64,000 nt of DNA from Bdellovibrionota bacterium (GCA_965207455.1 CBDBMJ010000001.1:1024001-1088000), one strand, 5' to 3'; positions 38,331-49,047 are shown, counted from the stretch's first letter. The notes: generated from the letters alone by a model not told the origin. Numbers and translations: made by a program.

Positions 38331-38521
38331 AAGCCATGAATAATGGGGCAAAGGGTTATTCAAATTAACTAGCTATTTTTATTAGAGAATTTCGACAATT
38401 TTTGACCATCAGGTGTGGAAATACATATTTTTCCTTGAAATCAGGAGCTTTCGGTGCTAGTTAGTGGGGGTACCGCCTATTTTAGACAAAATAGAAACCC
38501 AATATTAAGTTAGGATTTTGT

Positions 38522-39100
38522 ATGGCCTTGGAAAAACAAGAAGGAGTTCGCTCATTAAAAGGGAAGCTAGAAGCTGCTCTACAGCCCATTATTTCGGACT
38601 TGGGCTATGAACTCGTTATAGCGGAAGTTTCCTACCAGTCCTCCAAAGAGGCCACCCTTATCCGTTTATTTATTGATCACAGCGATTGCGATTCAGAAAA
38701 AACCATTGCCATAGAAGACTGTATACGGGTGGACAAGGGGTTGGCTGAATTTTTGGACAGTCCAACGTTCGAAAGTATATTCAATGAGGAGTTCACACTG
38801 GAGGTGAGTAGCCCAGGAATGGACCGCCCCCTACGTACTCCCGATCATTTCCAGCGCTTTCAGGGGGAAAAGGTGCAAGTAAAGACCTTTCGTCCTTTGA
38901 AGAAAGAAGAATTAAAAAACGAGGAATATTTCCAAAAGTATCCCAAGCAAAAAAATTTCAAAGGGAATATTGATGGTGTTGAAAAAGAGGATCTCCTCCT
39001 AAAAACGGAAAATGAGCAAATAAAGATTCCTTTTTCTTTAATTGCAAAAGCTAATTTAGACGTATCCAAGGACTATTTAGAAACCATAAAAAAACAATAA
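38522..39100 (+). CDS. rimP: Ribosome maturation factor
   Basis: LEVSSPGMDRPL. Lies upstream of nusA. Confidence 0.93.
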   Translation: MALEKQEGVRSLKGKLEAALQPIISDLGYELVIAEVSYQSSKEATLIRLFIDHSDCDSEKTIAIEDCIRVDKGLAEFLDSPTFESIFNEEFTLEVSSPGMDRPLRTPDHFQRFQGEKVQVKTFRPLKKEELKNEEYFQKYPKQKNFKGNIDGVEKEDLLLKTENEQIKIPFSLIAKANLDVSKDYLETIKKQ

Positions 39101-39112
39101 GGACAAAAAAAC

Positions 39113-40564
39113 ATGAATTTTTCAGAAATCACAAAAGTAATCGACCGACTTGGCAAAGACCGGGGAGTAGACAAAAAAGTCATCATCGAGGTTTTAGAGC
39201 AAGCCATGCTAATGGCTGCAAAAAAGAAATTTGGTCCCACAGCGGAATTGGAAGCCCATTGGAATGAAGAAAGTGGAGAGGTGGAAGTTTACCAATTTAA
39301 AACTGTGAAGCCTAAGGAAGGTGAGGTAGAGGATAAAATCAGGGAAATTACCTTTGAGGAGGCATTGCAATTAGATGAGGAGGTCTCCCCGGGAGATGAG
39401 TTAGGTATAAAATTAGACAGTGTTGACTTTGGTAGAATTGATGCCCAAACTGCCAAGCAAATTATATTCCAAAAATTCCGGGATATGGACAGGGAAATTG
39501 TTTATAAGGAATATATTGGTCACAAAGGGCAGATTGTTACGGGCACTGCTCGACGAATAGAGCGGGGCAGTTTAGTAATGGACTTGGGCAGAACAGAAGC
39601 CTACCTTCCCCGTAATGCGATTATTCCTGGCGAGGTTTTTCACCATGGGGATCGGGTGCAGTCCTTACTGCAAGATGTGAACGAAACCACTCGAGGTCCT
39701 CAGCTCATGCTCAGTCGAACATCCCCTGAGTTTCTAATGAAATTATTTGAAATAGAGGTTCCGGAAATTGCTGAAAAAATTGTGGAAATCACCCGTTGTG
39801 TGCGAGAGCCGGGGGAGCGAGCAAAAATTTCGGTTATTTCCCACGACCGTGATGTGGATCCCGTGGGAGCCAGTGTGGGAATGAAGGGTATTCGAGTACA
39901 AAGTGTGGTTCAGGAACTACGAGGAGAGAAAATCGACATTATTCCTTGGAATGAAGATATTACTGTTTTCATTCGTTCCGCAATGGTGCCTGCAGAAATA
40001 TCCATGGTACGAGTTATGCCAGCAACCAATTCCTTGGAACTTGTGGTGGAGGACGATAACCTTTCCTTGGCCATTGGTCGAAAGGGTCAAAATGTGCGCC
40101 TAGCTTCCCAACTTACTGGCTGGACAGTGGATATTCTTTCCAAAACCAAGCTAAACCAACGTACAAGGCAAGTACTCCAAGAGTTTAAATTAATTGAAGC
40201 TCTTAACGACACACTTTCACAAAGCATCTACGGTTGTGGCTTCCTTTCTGTAAAAGAAGTTGCAGATTGTGACGAAGAAACCTTGGCACGAATTCCTGGC
40301 TTTGAAGCAGAGGGGGCTGCCCTTTCCCTAAAAGAACGTGCCGCTGCTACCGTACAAAAAATCAAAGAAAATCCAGATTTAATTCCTAAAATAGAGACTC
40401 CCGCTGAAGGTGCGGGAACTCCGATGAGGGAAAAGAAAGAAGCAAAAACAAAAGAGGATGTGGAGATCCGACTGAAAGAAGAATTGGCACAAATGAATAA
40501 ACGTAAAAACGAAAAAGATAATAAAGATAATGGAAATAGTGCGCCCAATTCGGACACAGTTTGA
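39113..40564 (+). CDS. nusA: Transcription termination/antitermination factor
   Basis: FGRIDAQTAKQ, EVPEI, DPVGASVG, LAIGRKGQNVRLA. Confidence 0.97.
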   Translation: MNFSEITKVIDRLGKDRGVDKKVIIEVLEQAMLMAAKKKFGPTAELEAHWNEESGEVEVYQFKTVKPKEGEVEDKIREITFEEALQLDEEVSPGDELGIKLDSVDFGRIDAQTAKQIIFQKFRDMDREIVYKEYIGHKGQIVTGTARRIERGSLVMDLGRTEAYLPRNAIIPGEVFHHGDRVQSLLQDVNETTRGPQLMLSRTSPEFLMKLFEIEVPEIAEKIVEITRCVREPGERAKISVISHDRDVDPVGASVGMKGIRVQSVVQELRGEKIDIIPWNEDITVFIRSAMVPAEISMVRVMPATNSLELVVEDDNLSLAIGRKGQNVRLASQLTGWTVDILSKTKLNQRTRQVLQEFKLIEALNDTLSQSIYGCGFLSVKEVADCDEETLARIPGFEAEGAALSLKERAAATVQKIKENPDLIPKIETPAEGAGTPMREKKEAKTKEDVEIRLKEELAQMNKRKNEKDNKDNGNSAPNSDTV

Positions 40565-40589
40565 GGTTTTTGAAAGGTAACGATTCCCA

Positions 40590-43112
40590 ATGAGTGAAAT
40601 ACAAAGTTCCATAAAAGTATACGAGTTAGCCAAAGAATTAGGCATGGATTCCATTGGCTTACTGGACACACTTAAGCAAATAGACATAAAGGTGAAAAGC
40701 CACATGAGCAGTCTCAAGGTAGAAGAAGCCCTGGCTGTGAAAAGTTTCTTCAAGGAATTGCAAACTCAGAAAAAAAAGAAAGTTACCAAACGAAAAAGAG
40801 CAAAAAAAACATCTGCCAAAGAATCTGCTGAAAAAGCCAGCACTACGGTAAAAAAAGTCATCAAACGAAAACCATTACCTGTAAGCCCTGTTGTAGAGGA
40901 AACAAAGCTCACGGAACTGGCACTGAAAACAGAAGCTGAAGATTTTGTAAAGGCTACAAAAGAACCCGAAACAACGAAGTCCAAACCAACAACAGAGGTT
41001 TCTAAAGGTATTTTCCAAGATGAGATGATGGACCAGTCTCTATCACAAAGAAAATTAAAAATTATTCAAGATGCTCCTCCCAAAGAAGAGCCACCACCTG
41101 ATCCAAATCAAATAGCAATGCCACCAACCACTCCTACTATTGCTGGTCGCTCCAGGGGCAAGGAAATGTTTAAACCCATAACATCTGTGCTCAGGAGAGG
41201 TGAGACTCCACGGAAAAAAACCAGTACTTTAACCGGACGAGGGAAAGAACAAGTCAAGGTTGCTGACTTTCACAAACGAGAGATAATTTTTCAGCCCAAG
41301 CGAAGAAAGCTTCCACCAGGAAAACAAGTGAGAAAAACACAAATCACTGTGCCGAGTGAAAGCAAGCGAAAGATTAAAGTGGAAGGAAGTATCAATGTAA
41401 GTGAACTGGCAAGAGGTTTAAAAGAAAAACCAAAGTTTGTTTTAAGGAAAATAAAGGAACTGGGTTTAGATGAAGCAAACCTAGATTATGTGCTGGATAT
41501 AGATACGGCCAGCTTGGTAGCCACAGAGTTTAAATATGAAATTGAAAATATCACTTTTGACGAAACAAAATTCTTTGGAACTCCAAAAGATATGCAGCCT
41601 CGTCCCCCCGTGGTTACAATTATGGGTCACGTGGATCATGGTAAAACAACTCTCCTAGATACTATTCGCAACACCTCTGTAACGAGCAGCGAAGCAGGAG
41701 GCATTACCCAACATATTGGTGCCTACTCCGTTACTTTGGGGAAAGATACCATTACATTTTTAGATACCCCGGGACATGAAGCCTTCAAAACAATGCGACA
41801 ACGGGGAGCCAATGCCACGGACATTGTGGTGCTCGTGGTGGCCGCAGATGATGGAATCATGCCACAAACAGTGGAAGCCATTAAACATGCACAAAATGCC
41901 AGTGTATCCATTGTTGTAGCAGCCAATAAAATGGACAAGCCAGAGGCGAATCTGGAAAAGTTAAAACAAAACCTATCTGAAAATAACCTTCTCGTGGAGG
42001 ACTGGGGTGGAGAAATACCCCTTGTGCCCATCAGTGCTGTGAAAAAAACAGGCATAAAAGAACTTTTAGAAACCATCAGTCTACAAGCAGAAATTCTGGA
42101 ACTCAAATCGGACCCCAAATGTCTTGTCCGGGGAGCCATCCTGGAATCTAAAATGCAAAAGGGGCTGGGTATTGTGAGCGACCTCTTAGTTCAACAGGGC
42201 ACCTTAACGTCTGGAAGCTATGTGGTGGTTGGAAACTACTGGGGACGAATCCGAACCATGATCAACGATCAGGGGAAATCTGTAAAGGAAGCAAAACCAG
42301 GCTACCCCGTACAAGTCACAGGTATCAATGGAGTGCCCGAAGCGGGAGATGTTCTATATGAAGTGGCGTCAGAGTCCGATGCTCGAAAAATCACAGATTA
42401 TCGAAAAGAGCAAAAGCGACAGGATATGGAGAAAAAATCCCAAAAGCAAGTACTTTCCTTAGAAGAAATTTTTGCAAAAAAGGAAGAAAAAGAAAGCAAG
42501 AAGCATTTAAATGTAATGCTAAAAGCGGACGTATATGGATCCATAGAGGCGATTCAAGAATCCATAGATGCCCTGCCAAAAGATAAGGTGCAGTCCAATA
42601 TTATCTCCACTGGAATAGGAGATGTGAATGAACAAGATGTAATGCTAGCCAAATCCTCCAATGCTAAAATCTTTACTTTTAATGTGAAAACCGGCGGTAG
42701 CGTGCGTACAGCTGCAAAACAGGAATCCATCTCCTTAAAATCCTACCGTATTATTTATGAACTCTTAGACGGGGTTAAGGAATCCATGGAGGATCTCTTG
42801 GATCCAATCCGCCACGAAACCACTATTGGAAAAGCACAGGTGAAGCAAGCCTTTAACATATCTAAATTAGGTACTATTGCGGGAAGCATCGTCCAAGACG
42901 GAAAAATCCAACGTAATGCTTATGCACGAGTCTACCGGGGTGAGGAATTAGTTTGTGAAGGCAATATTACTTCCATAAAGCGATTTAAAGACGAAGCCAA
43001 GGAAGTTACAAAAGGTCAGGAATGTGGAATTGATATTGAAAACTATACTGATATTAAAGAAAACGACCTTGTGGAAGCCTTGACCATAAAATATGAAAAG
43101 GCGAGGCTCTAA
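40590..43112 (+). CDS. infB: Translation initiation factor IF-2
   Basis: RPPVVTIMGHVDHGKTTLLD, EAGGITQHIGAY, DTPGHEAF. Confidence 0.98.
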   Translation: MSEIQSSIKVYELAKELGMDSIGLLDTLKQIDIKVKSHMSSLKVEEALAVKSFFKELQTQKKKKVTKRKRAKKTSAKESAEKASTTVKKVIKRKPLPVSPVVEETKLTELALKTEAEDFVKATKEPETTKSKPTTEVSKGIFQDEMMDQSLSQRKLKIIQDAPPKEEPPPDPNQIAMPPTTPTIAGRSRGKEMFKPITSVLRRGETPRKKTSTLTGRGKEQVKVADFHKREIIFQPKRRKLPPGKQVRKTQITVPSESKRKIKVEGSINVSELARGLKEKPKFVLRKIKELGLDEANLDYVLDIDTASLVATEFKYEIENITFDETKFFGTPKDMQPRPPVVTIMGHVDHGKTTLLDTIRNTSVTSSEAGGITQHIGAYSVTLGKDTITFLDTPGHEAFKTMRQRGANATDIVVLVVAADDGIMPQTVEAIKHAQNASVSIVVAANKMDKPEANLEKLKQNLSENNLLVEDWGGEIPLVPISAVKKTGIKELLETISLQAEILELKSDPKCLVRGAILESKMQKGLGIVSDLLVQQGTLTSGSYVVVGNYWGRIRTMINDQGKSVKEAKPGYPVQVTGINGVPEAGDVLYEVASESDARKITDYRKEQKRQDMEKKSQKQVLSLEEIFAKKEEKESKKHLNVMLKADVYGSIEAIQESIDALPKDKVQSNIISTGIGDVNEQDVMLAKSSNAKIFTFNVKTGGSVRTAAKQESISLKSYRIIYELLDGVKESMEDLLDPIRHETTIGKAQVKQAFNISKLGTIAGSIVQDGKIQRNAYARVYRGEELVCEGNITSIKRFKDEAKEVTKGQECGIDIENYTDIKENDLVEALTIKYEKARL

Positions 43113-43516
43113 TGCTATCCGGACCTAGCATCAGAACAAAAAAAGTGACCAGTCTCATACGAGAAAAGCTCTCTCGTATTCTTTTACGGGAAACCAACGA
43201 CCCTCGACTCATCAATGTGGGCATGATCACCATTTCTAGTATTGATCTAGCCCCAGACCATAGAAATGCCACCATCTATGTGTCCTTTATGAATACCAAT
43301 CCGGAAACCATAGAGGGACGACATGCCCTAAAAGCCCTAAACGCTGCCAGCGGCTTTCTTCAATACTCCTTGAAAAAAACCATCCATTTAAAGAATATTC
43401 CCCAACTTATTTTCCGCTACGACGCAAGCTTTAACGAAGCTGCCAAAATAAACGATCTACTAGACCAAGCCCTTGGAGGAAATAGAGATGAACACCTCAG
43501 GAATACTCCTAGTTGA
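43112..43516 (+). CDS. rbfA: Ribosome-binding factor A
   Basis: DPRL, ALNAASGF, IPQLIFRYD. Follows infB. Confidence 0.93.
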   Translation: MLSGPSIRTKKVTSLIREKLSRILLRETNDPRLINVGMITISSIDLAPDHRNATIYVSFMNTNPETIEGRHALKALNAASGFLQYSLKKTIHLKNIPQLIFRYDASFNEAAKINDLLDQALGGNRDEHLRNTPS

Positions 43517-44366
43517 TAAACCTGAAGGCATAAGTTCAGCATCTGTTATATCAAAAATTCAAAAAAAGTTTCAGCTTCCTAAAATAGGTCATGGAGGCAC
43601 ACTGGACCCCTTTGCCACAGGCCTACTTATTGCTCTCATCGGAGAAGCCACAAAAATCTCTCGTTTTCTTCTCCAGGGAAATAAAACATATGAGGCAAGT
43701 GCCTTTATTGGGCAAGCCACCAATACAGGAGATAAAGATGGAGAGCCAACCATCCACAGTTCCTCCCCATACCCAAGCTTAAAAAATTGGGAGCAAACAC
43801 TTCCACTGGGAACATTCCAGCAAATCCCCCCGGACTACTCCTCAGTGAAAGTAAAGGGGATGGCCCTGTATAAATATGCAAGAGAAAATAAACCCATACC
43901 TCCCAAGCCCTTAAAAACCGTTACCATCCATGCGCTCAATATCCTAAAATCCGAGCCACCTCTCTTGAAATTTATGGTGACCAGTAGTGGGGGCACCTAT
44001 ATTCGCACACTGGCTGAGGACTGGGCAAAGGCAAATAAAACTCAGGCGCATTTGGTAGAACTCCGTCGTACCCAATCTTCCCACTTCTCCATACAAAATT
44101 CCCATAGCCTAGAATGGCTGTTAAATAGTAAAACCCTGCCTCCTCTAATTCCCCTAGAGGCTGCCATGCCTCAAATCTCCCAAGTATCTTGCCCTTCAGA
44201 GTTCGCTCCTAAGATCACCTCTGGAAATAAAGAATTTTTAAAAGAGTTTTTATCCCATGTCCAACCCAAACCTGAATATTTACTCATTCAAGGAGAAAAG
44301 AAGAGCCTAGCTTTAGTGAAAAAAAATATACACGGCAACTACACCATAGAACGTGTATTTCTATAA
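43488..44366 (+). CDS. truB: tRNA pseudouridine-55 synthase
   Basis: LVDKPEG, GHGGTLDPFATG, GTYIRTLAED. Confidence 0.95.
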   Translation: MNTSGILLVDKPEGISSASVISKIQKKFQLPKIGHGGTLDPFATGLLIALIGEATKISRFLLQGNKTYEASAFIGQATNTGDKDGEPTIHSSSPYPSLKNWEQTLPLGTFQQIPPDYSSVKVKGMALYKYARENKPIPPKPLKTVTIHALNILKSEPPLLKFMVTSSGGTYIRTLAEDWAKANKTQAHLVELRRTQSSHFSIQNSHSLEWLLNSKTLPPLIPLEAAMPQISQVSCPSEFAPKITSGNKEFLKEFLSHVQPKPEYLLIQGEKKSLALVKKNIHGNYTIERVFL

Positions 44367-44409
44367 CTCTTTGTTTGACCTATGAGAACTCCCTAAATAC
44401 AATAATGCT

Positions 44410-46671
44410 ATGGGGAGATTAAAAACACAAAGGGGTCAGGCCTCTATTTTCATGGCTGTATTTATCTCCACCATGATCCTTCTATTTGCCTTCACTACCA
44501 ATATTGGGATGTTAGTGCACGCAAAGATTAACCTACAAAATGCAGCCGACGCAGCAGCCTTTGCTGGTGCTTCTGTACAAGCCCGTCAACTCACTAGCAT
44601 TGCCTACCTAAACTGGGAAATGAGACGAGCACTAAAGCAATTCCTATTTAACTGGGTTGTGAGAGGCAATCAATCTCAAACCTGCTTTCCTGACAGTGGC
44701 TCCGGTAGAGTACGAAGCAGCCCAAATGTAATAGCACAATGTCTAAACATAACGGGCGAAACTGAAAAAAAATATCAGTTTCGTATTATAAAGCCTACAG
44801 CAGACAAGAGTGTTTCAGAGCTAGCACACCCACAGGGTTATGGATACCTTCCCACCAGTTGCGTACTCTTTGATATAGACTTGGTTAATCAGAATAACTA
44901 TTGTCAAATCAGCAAGGTGGCTGGTATTCCTCGGCTTGGAAGCGTTGCTGGAAATATTTTCTTTTCTGCGCCATTGATGGACGCTGTACGTGACAATGCA
45001 AACGAAATTATTGCAAAAAAAAAGAAAGACTGTGAAAGTAGAGCACATGTAAACACTTATTTCTTAATGCTCTGGCTTTTAAACCTTAATCAATCCGTAG
45101 ATCCTCTTACAGCCGATGAAGACGATAAACGACCTGACACCTATTCAGTTGCCTTTTTCGAACGAAAAACCCTGGATTCACTGGGCGTACTTCCTCGACA
45201 AGCTATTCTAAGAGCTCGTATTGAGAATTTAGCAAAAACCATTAATATGAAACTAGAAACTGAAAATCTAGGTTCTTCACCCAGTTCTAGTGTTGATGAT
45301 CAAAAAATAAACACCCTCATAAATGATGACTCCAAGGAAAAAGACTTCTCCTATTTTGAACGCCCCATTCAGGCTTACCTAAGCGCAAGAAATAATTTAC
45401 CCACTCTGGAACACAATGGAATTTTCTCCAATATTACCCTAACAGAACTCTTACCCAGTTCATCTATAAATCCTCTAATAAAGCTAGATGATATAACAAG
45501 AAATGTGGTGGTATCCACAGCCATATTTCAAGCTGAGGGCGATGCTGGAAAATGCTCTCAGTTTCGAATGCCCTTTCGTATTCCTAAATTTCTTCTTGGT
45601 GTGAGCAAAGACCCCAAAGTTCTCACCTATTATGCTGTAAGGCTGCAAGCAACTGCGCGCCTATTATTTTCTCCTTTTGGATTAGACGGAAGTGTGACCC
45701 TAAGTGCATTCTCAGCAGCCAAGCCATTTGGTAGTCGTATTGGTCCAAACATCAACTATAACGAATCCATAGCGTACGGAGCAACCCATGAGGATGATGT
45801 TATGACTGGAGAATTCAGAAAAAAACACCAATTTTTAAATCCTCTTGTCTCCACCTTTGATACCAAATCCGGTGATAATGGCTTTTCCAGTAACGGACAC
45901 CTGGGATACCTAAGAGGTGCTATTATTAAGACAGGCTGGAAAAATGCGTACTACCTTGCAGGAGCCTATGCTCCATGGGAAGTTGGAAACTATACCGTTC
46001 CTGCTAATTTTGAAGGATTAAGTTTTTTCGCCAATAACCCAATTTATGAAAAGAAAAAACGATTTATCTTAAGAGCTCCTCTCTACCCTATCGATCAGAA
46101 CGATGGAACTATTAATTTTTTAGCTTCCCGTATAAATGAGATGTTTTCTACTGAGGGTCTCCCATTAGAGACTTTTGCCGATATTGGTTTGCAAGAACAG
46201 TTCCAAAAAGAGGGCGAAAAAAAAAGAGTACAAATACTCGCAGATGTAAATTTAGGGAAACTACAAAACTTTCTTGTATTAACTGGACAGGATATGAATC
46301 ATCATATGCCAGACCCTCTCCTTCTTAATTATGATAAAATACAGACATATGTCCAAAACTCTGTAAGGGGAAAAGACTATTCCGTGGCTGCACGTGAATC
46401 TAAGGAAGCCAAAAGACTACAACTAACCTCTTGGAACACAGTCAAAAGCTCCACCAACGATGAGGCACAAGACACAGAAATTGGTCCCAATATAGGTCGA
46501 AGTGGCTACTCAGTACGCTTTATCAGCTTCCCCACCCTGTTAAAGAGTGGCAAAGGCGGTAATGAGCCAAACTATGATAATACCAGCTACAGTGGACCTT
46601 TAGAAGGAGTGTCTCCCAGCAACCCTGAGGCTCAAGGTACTGTACAGATACTTCCAAAACTAAAGCATTAG
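44410..46671 (+). CDS. Large Tad-domain (TadE/TadG-like pseudopilin) protein
   Basis: Prepilin-like RGQASIF, hydrophobic helix, KINLQNAADAAAFAGA. Confidence 0.8.
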   Translation: MGRLKTQRGQASIFMAVFISTMILLFAFTTNIGMLVHAKINLQNAADAAAFAGASVQARQLTSIAYLNWEMRRALKQFLFNWVVRGNQSQTCFPDSGSGRVRSSPNVIAQCLNITGETEKKYQFRIIKPTADKSVSELAHPQGYGYLPTSCVLFDIDLVNQNNYCQISKVAGIPRLGSVAGNIFFSAPLMDAVRDNANEIIAKKKKDCESRAHVNTYFLMLWLLNLNQSVDPLTADEDDKRPDTYSVAFFERKTLDSLGVLPRQAILRARIENLAKTINMKLETENLGSSPSSSVDDQKINTLINDDSKEKDFSYFERPIQAYLSARNNLPTLEHNGIFSNITLTELLPSSSINPLIKLDDITRNVVVSTAIFQAEGDAGKCSQFRMPFRIPKFLLGVSKDPKVLTYYAVRLQATARLLFSPFGLDGSVTLSAFSAAKPFGSRIGPNINYNESIAYGATHEDDVMTGEFRKKHQFLNPLVSTFDTKSGDNGFSSNGHLGYLRGAIIKTGWKNAYYLAGAYAPWEVGNYTVPANFEGLSFFANNPIYEKKKRFILRAPLYPIDQNDGTINFLASRINEMFSTEGLPLETFADIGLQEQFQKEGEKKRVQILADVNLGKLQNFLVLTGQDMNHHMPDPLLLNYDKIQTYVQNSVRGKDYSVAARESKEAKRLQLTSWNTVKSSTNDEAQDTEIGPNIGRSGYSVRFISFPTLLKSGKGGNEPNYDNTSYSGPLEGVSPSNPEAQGTVQILPKLKH

Positions 46672-46686
46672 AATAGTCTCCTAAAT

Positions 46687-47680
46687 TATGATTATTACCT
46701 TAGACACCCCAGCTCCTCCGCTGGGGTTGGGCTTTTAAGAATTCCAGCAGTTAAAAGCCTGTCAAATGCCTCTTCTGGCCAAAATCTCCGGTTAAAGCGA
46801 ATATGTGAATTCAGCAACATAGTTCTTACGATAAGAGGGGAAAACGCCATGGTGGGTAGAGAGCAGGTATCGCTTTAGGTTGGATGTCACTATATTTATC
46901 CATCTTAGATGCCTGTGAGCAAGGTTAGGGTTTCTCATGGCAACCACACGCTGATGGCTATAATTATTCCTATATGCAGCTAGCTGGTAAGTGCCCATTC
47001 CATCGGTCTTTAATGTAGTTCCTTTTGGAATATGCTTCTCAATTGCAGGACCCAGGTCTTTGTTTAGGGATGGTATTTCCTCAGCGATAAGGAACTTTGG
47101 ATTTCCCCTTTCATCCTCTTCCAAAGCTATGAAAAAGGCAGTCTTATTGCTCCCTTTTTTTCTTTCTTCCCTAGTTTGTTTACCACCGATAAATATTTCA
47201 TCCGCACTGATAGTATTCTTTATGCTCCAGCCACTATCTCGATGAGCCATAGCTGCTTGAAGTTTTCTGCGCATAAGCCATGTTGTTTTATAACTAATCT
47301 TTAACTGCTGAGATAAATACAGCGTAGATGCTGCTTTCTTCGAACTAGCTATAAGATATATCATCCAGAACCACTTTTTTAGAGGTACACGAGTTTTATG
47401 AAATATGGTGCCAGATATAAGTGATGTCCTTTTATTGCAGCTATAGCAGGTGAAATTTTTCTCCGAGGGGCGAAAGCAATGCCTTTTGCCCCCACAATGA
47501 GGGCACTGGAAGCCATCCGACCACCTCAATTTCTCTAGGTATTTACGACATGCCTTCTCTGTGCGAAATCTGTGTTGAAATTCAAATAAGCTCAGCTTCT
47601 TATAATTCTTCTTCATAGTTACTTCCTCCATAAATTCAGGCTATTACACGAAAATCAGGGTGTCAAGGTATATAATCATA
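46687..47680 (-). mobile_element. IS1595-family insertion sequence
   Basis: Imperfect ~23-bp TIRs (tatgattattaccttagacaccc / tatgattatataccttgacaccc). 8-bp TSD TCCTAAAT at 46679-46686 and 47681-47688. Confidence 0.93.
46792..47616 (-). CDS. IS1595 transposase, frameshifted near C-terminus
   Basis: Zn ribbon CPHC...CYSC, ADEIFIGG, KTDG, SNLKR. The YRFNRR tail is in another frame. Confidence 0.9.
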   Translation of the reverse strand: MKKNYKKLSLFEFQHRFRTEKACRKYLEKLRWSDGFQCPHCGGKRHCFRPSEKNFTCYSCNKRTSLISGTIFHKTRVPLKKWFWMIYLIASSKKAASTLYLSQQLKISYKTTWLMRRKLQAAMAHRDSGWSIKNTISADEIFIGGKQTREERKKGSNKTAFFIALEEDERGNPKFLIAEEIPSLNKDLGPAIEKHIPKGTTLKTDGMGTYQLAAYRNNYSHQRVVAMRNPNLAHRHLRWINIVTSNLKRYLLSTHHGVFPSYRKNYVAEFTYSL

Positions 47681-47867
47681 TCCTAAATAACTGTTTTTAC
47701 TGAATTTTTTATTTTTTGCCTTTTCTATAAAAAACCAAGTACAAATAAAAATGCAATATTTCTTATATTCTTTATTGAAAATCTTTGAGCTTCATGGAAT
47801 ATTTATATGGAGTGTTTATTGCAAATTCCACCTAAAAAAAGAAGAGTGTTATCAATAGGAGAGAACT

Positions 47868-48548
47868 ATGAAAAGCAAAAAAAAGGCAAAGAAAACAGCT
47901 AAGAAGACCACCAAGAAAGTAAGAAGAACTGCTAAAAAGGCAAAGAAAACTACTAAGAAAGTCACCAGGAAAGCTGCCAAGAAGGTGAGAAAGACTGCTA
48001 AAAAGGCAAAGAAAACTACTAAGAAAGTCACCAGGAAAGCTGCCAAGAAGGTGAGAAAGACTGCTAAAAAGGCAAAGAAAACTACTAAGAAAGCTACCAA
48101 GAAAACAGCTAAGAAGGTCACCAAAAAAACTGCTAAAAAAGCCACTAAGAAAACAGCTAAGAAGGTCACCAAAAAAACTGCTAAAAAAGCCACTAAGAAA
48201 ACAGCTAAGAAGGTCACCAAAAAAACTGCTAAGAAAGTGACCAAGAAAACAATCAAGAGAGCAGCTAAAAAAGCCTCCCTACAAAGTTCCCTATTTTCAG
48301 AGACCCTAGAGGAAAACACCACTCCCAGTGCCTCTCTTTTCCGCTCCACAGACCCCCGGACTAGTCAAAGTGATTCGTCCTCAGAGGAAGAAAGAACGGA
48401 AAGCCTAGAAGATCTCTCAAAAAGGGAGGAAGAAGGAGCATGGCCATCCAGTACCCCCCATGATAGTAATAATGATGAGGACTGGACTCTTGGAGAAAAA
48501 GATGATATAGGCTTAGATAAACCAATTGAGGAAGAAGAGGAGGACTAG
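47868..48548 (+). CDS. Histone H1-like Lys/Ala/Thr-repeat protein with acidic tail
   Basis: AGGAG RBS, ~135 aa of KKTA/KKVT/KKAT repeats, then an E/D-rich C-terminus. Confidence 0.8.
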   Translation: MKSKKKAKKTAKKTTKKVRRTAKKAKKTTKKVTRKAAKKVRKTAKKAKKTTKKVTRKAAKKVRKTAKKAKKTTKKATKKTAKKVTKKTAKKATKKTAKKVTKKTAKKATKKTAKKVTKKTAKKVTKKTIKRAAKKASLQSSLFSETLEENTTPSASLFRSTDPRTSQSDSSSEEERTESLEDLSKREEEGAWPSSTPHDSNNDEDWTLGEKDDIGLDKPIEEEEED

Positions 48549-48569
48549 CCCCCTCTAATATAAAAAAAT

Positions 48570-48851
48570 ATGGCAAATCACAAATCAGCAATCAAAAGAA
48601 ACCGACAATCCATAAAGCGCAATCTGCGCAATAAATCACTGCGTACCACTGTCAAGAATGCTGTACAGACTCTGCGTGAGGTTCTACACCCAACAAAGAA
48701 AAAGAAAGCTACTCCTCAGGCTGCCAGCGCCGCAGAACTCATGGTTAAGACCACCTCAGCTCTAGCTAAGGCTGCCCGTAAAGGCACCATTCACCGCAAA
48801 AAGGCTGCACGCTTAACCTCTCGCCTCCAGAAGGCTGTAAACCAAGCTTAA
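48570..48851 (+). CDS. rpsT: 30S ribosomal protein S20
   Basis: MANHKSAIKRNRQ...KGTIHRKKAARLTSRL. Confidence 0.96.
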   Translation: MANHKSAIKRNRQSIKRNLRNKSLRTTVKNAVQTLREVLHPTKKKKATPQAASAAELMVKTTSALAKAARKGTIHRKKAARLTSRLQKAVNQA

Positions 48852-49047
48852 AAACCTTAATAATATTAGGCATCTAAAAGCTCCATCCTATTTTTTCGAA
48901 AATAAGATCGTGTGTAGCGTGTATTTCCACCACTACTCTCCTTGATTTTAACGCAGTTTGACAAAAATAGCTCGTAAAGTGTATAATTATAGTAAGGTTT
49001 TCTTTCAGAACACCCGATATAGTCTTTAAGGATAGGTAAAAATATAT

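Noticed and set aside
47852..48349. Antisense 165-aa hydrophobic ORF (FLAVFLVT repeats)
   Set aside because: It is the shadow of the Lys-rich repeat gene, which has the RBS on the plus strand.
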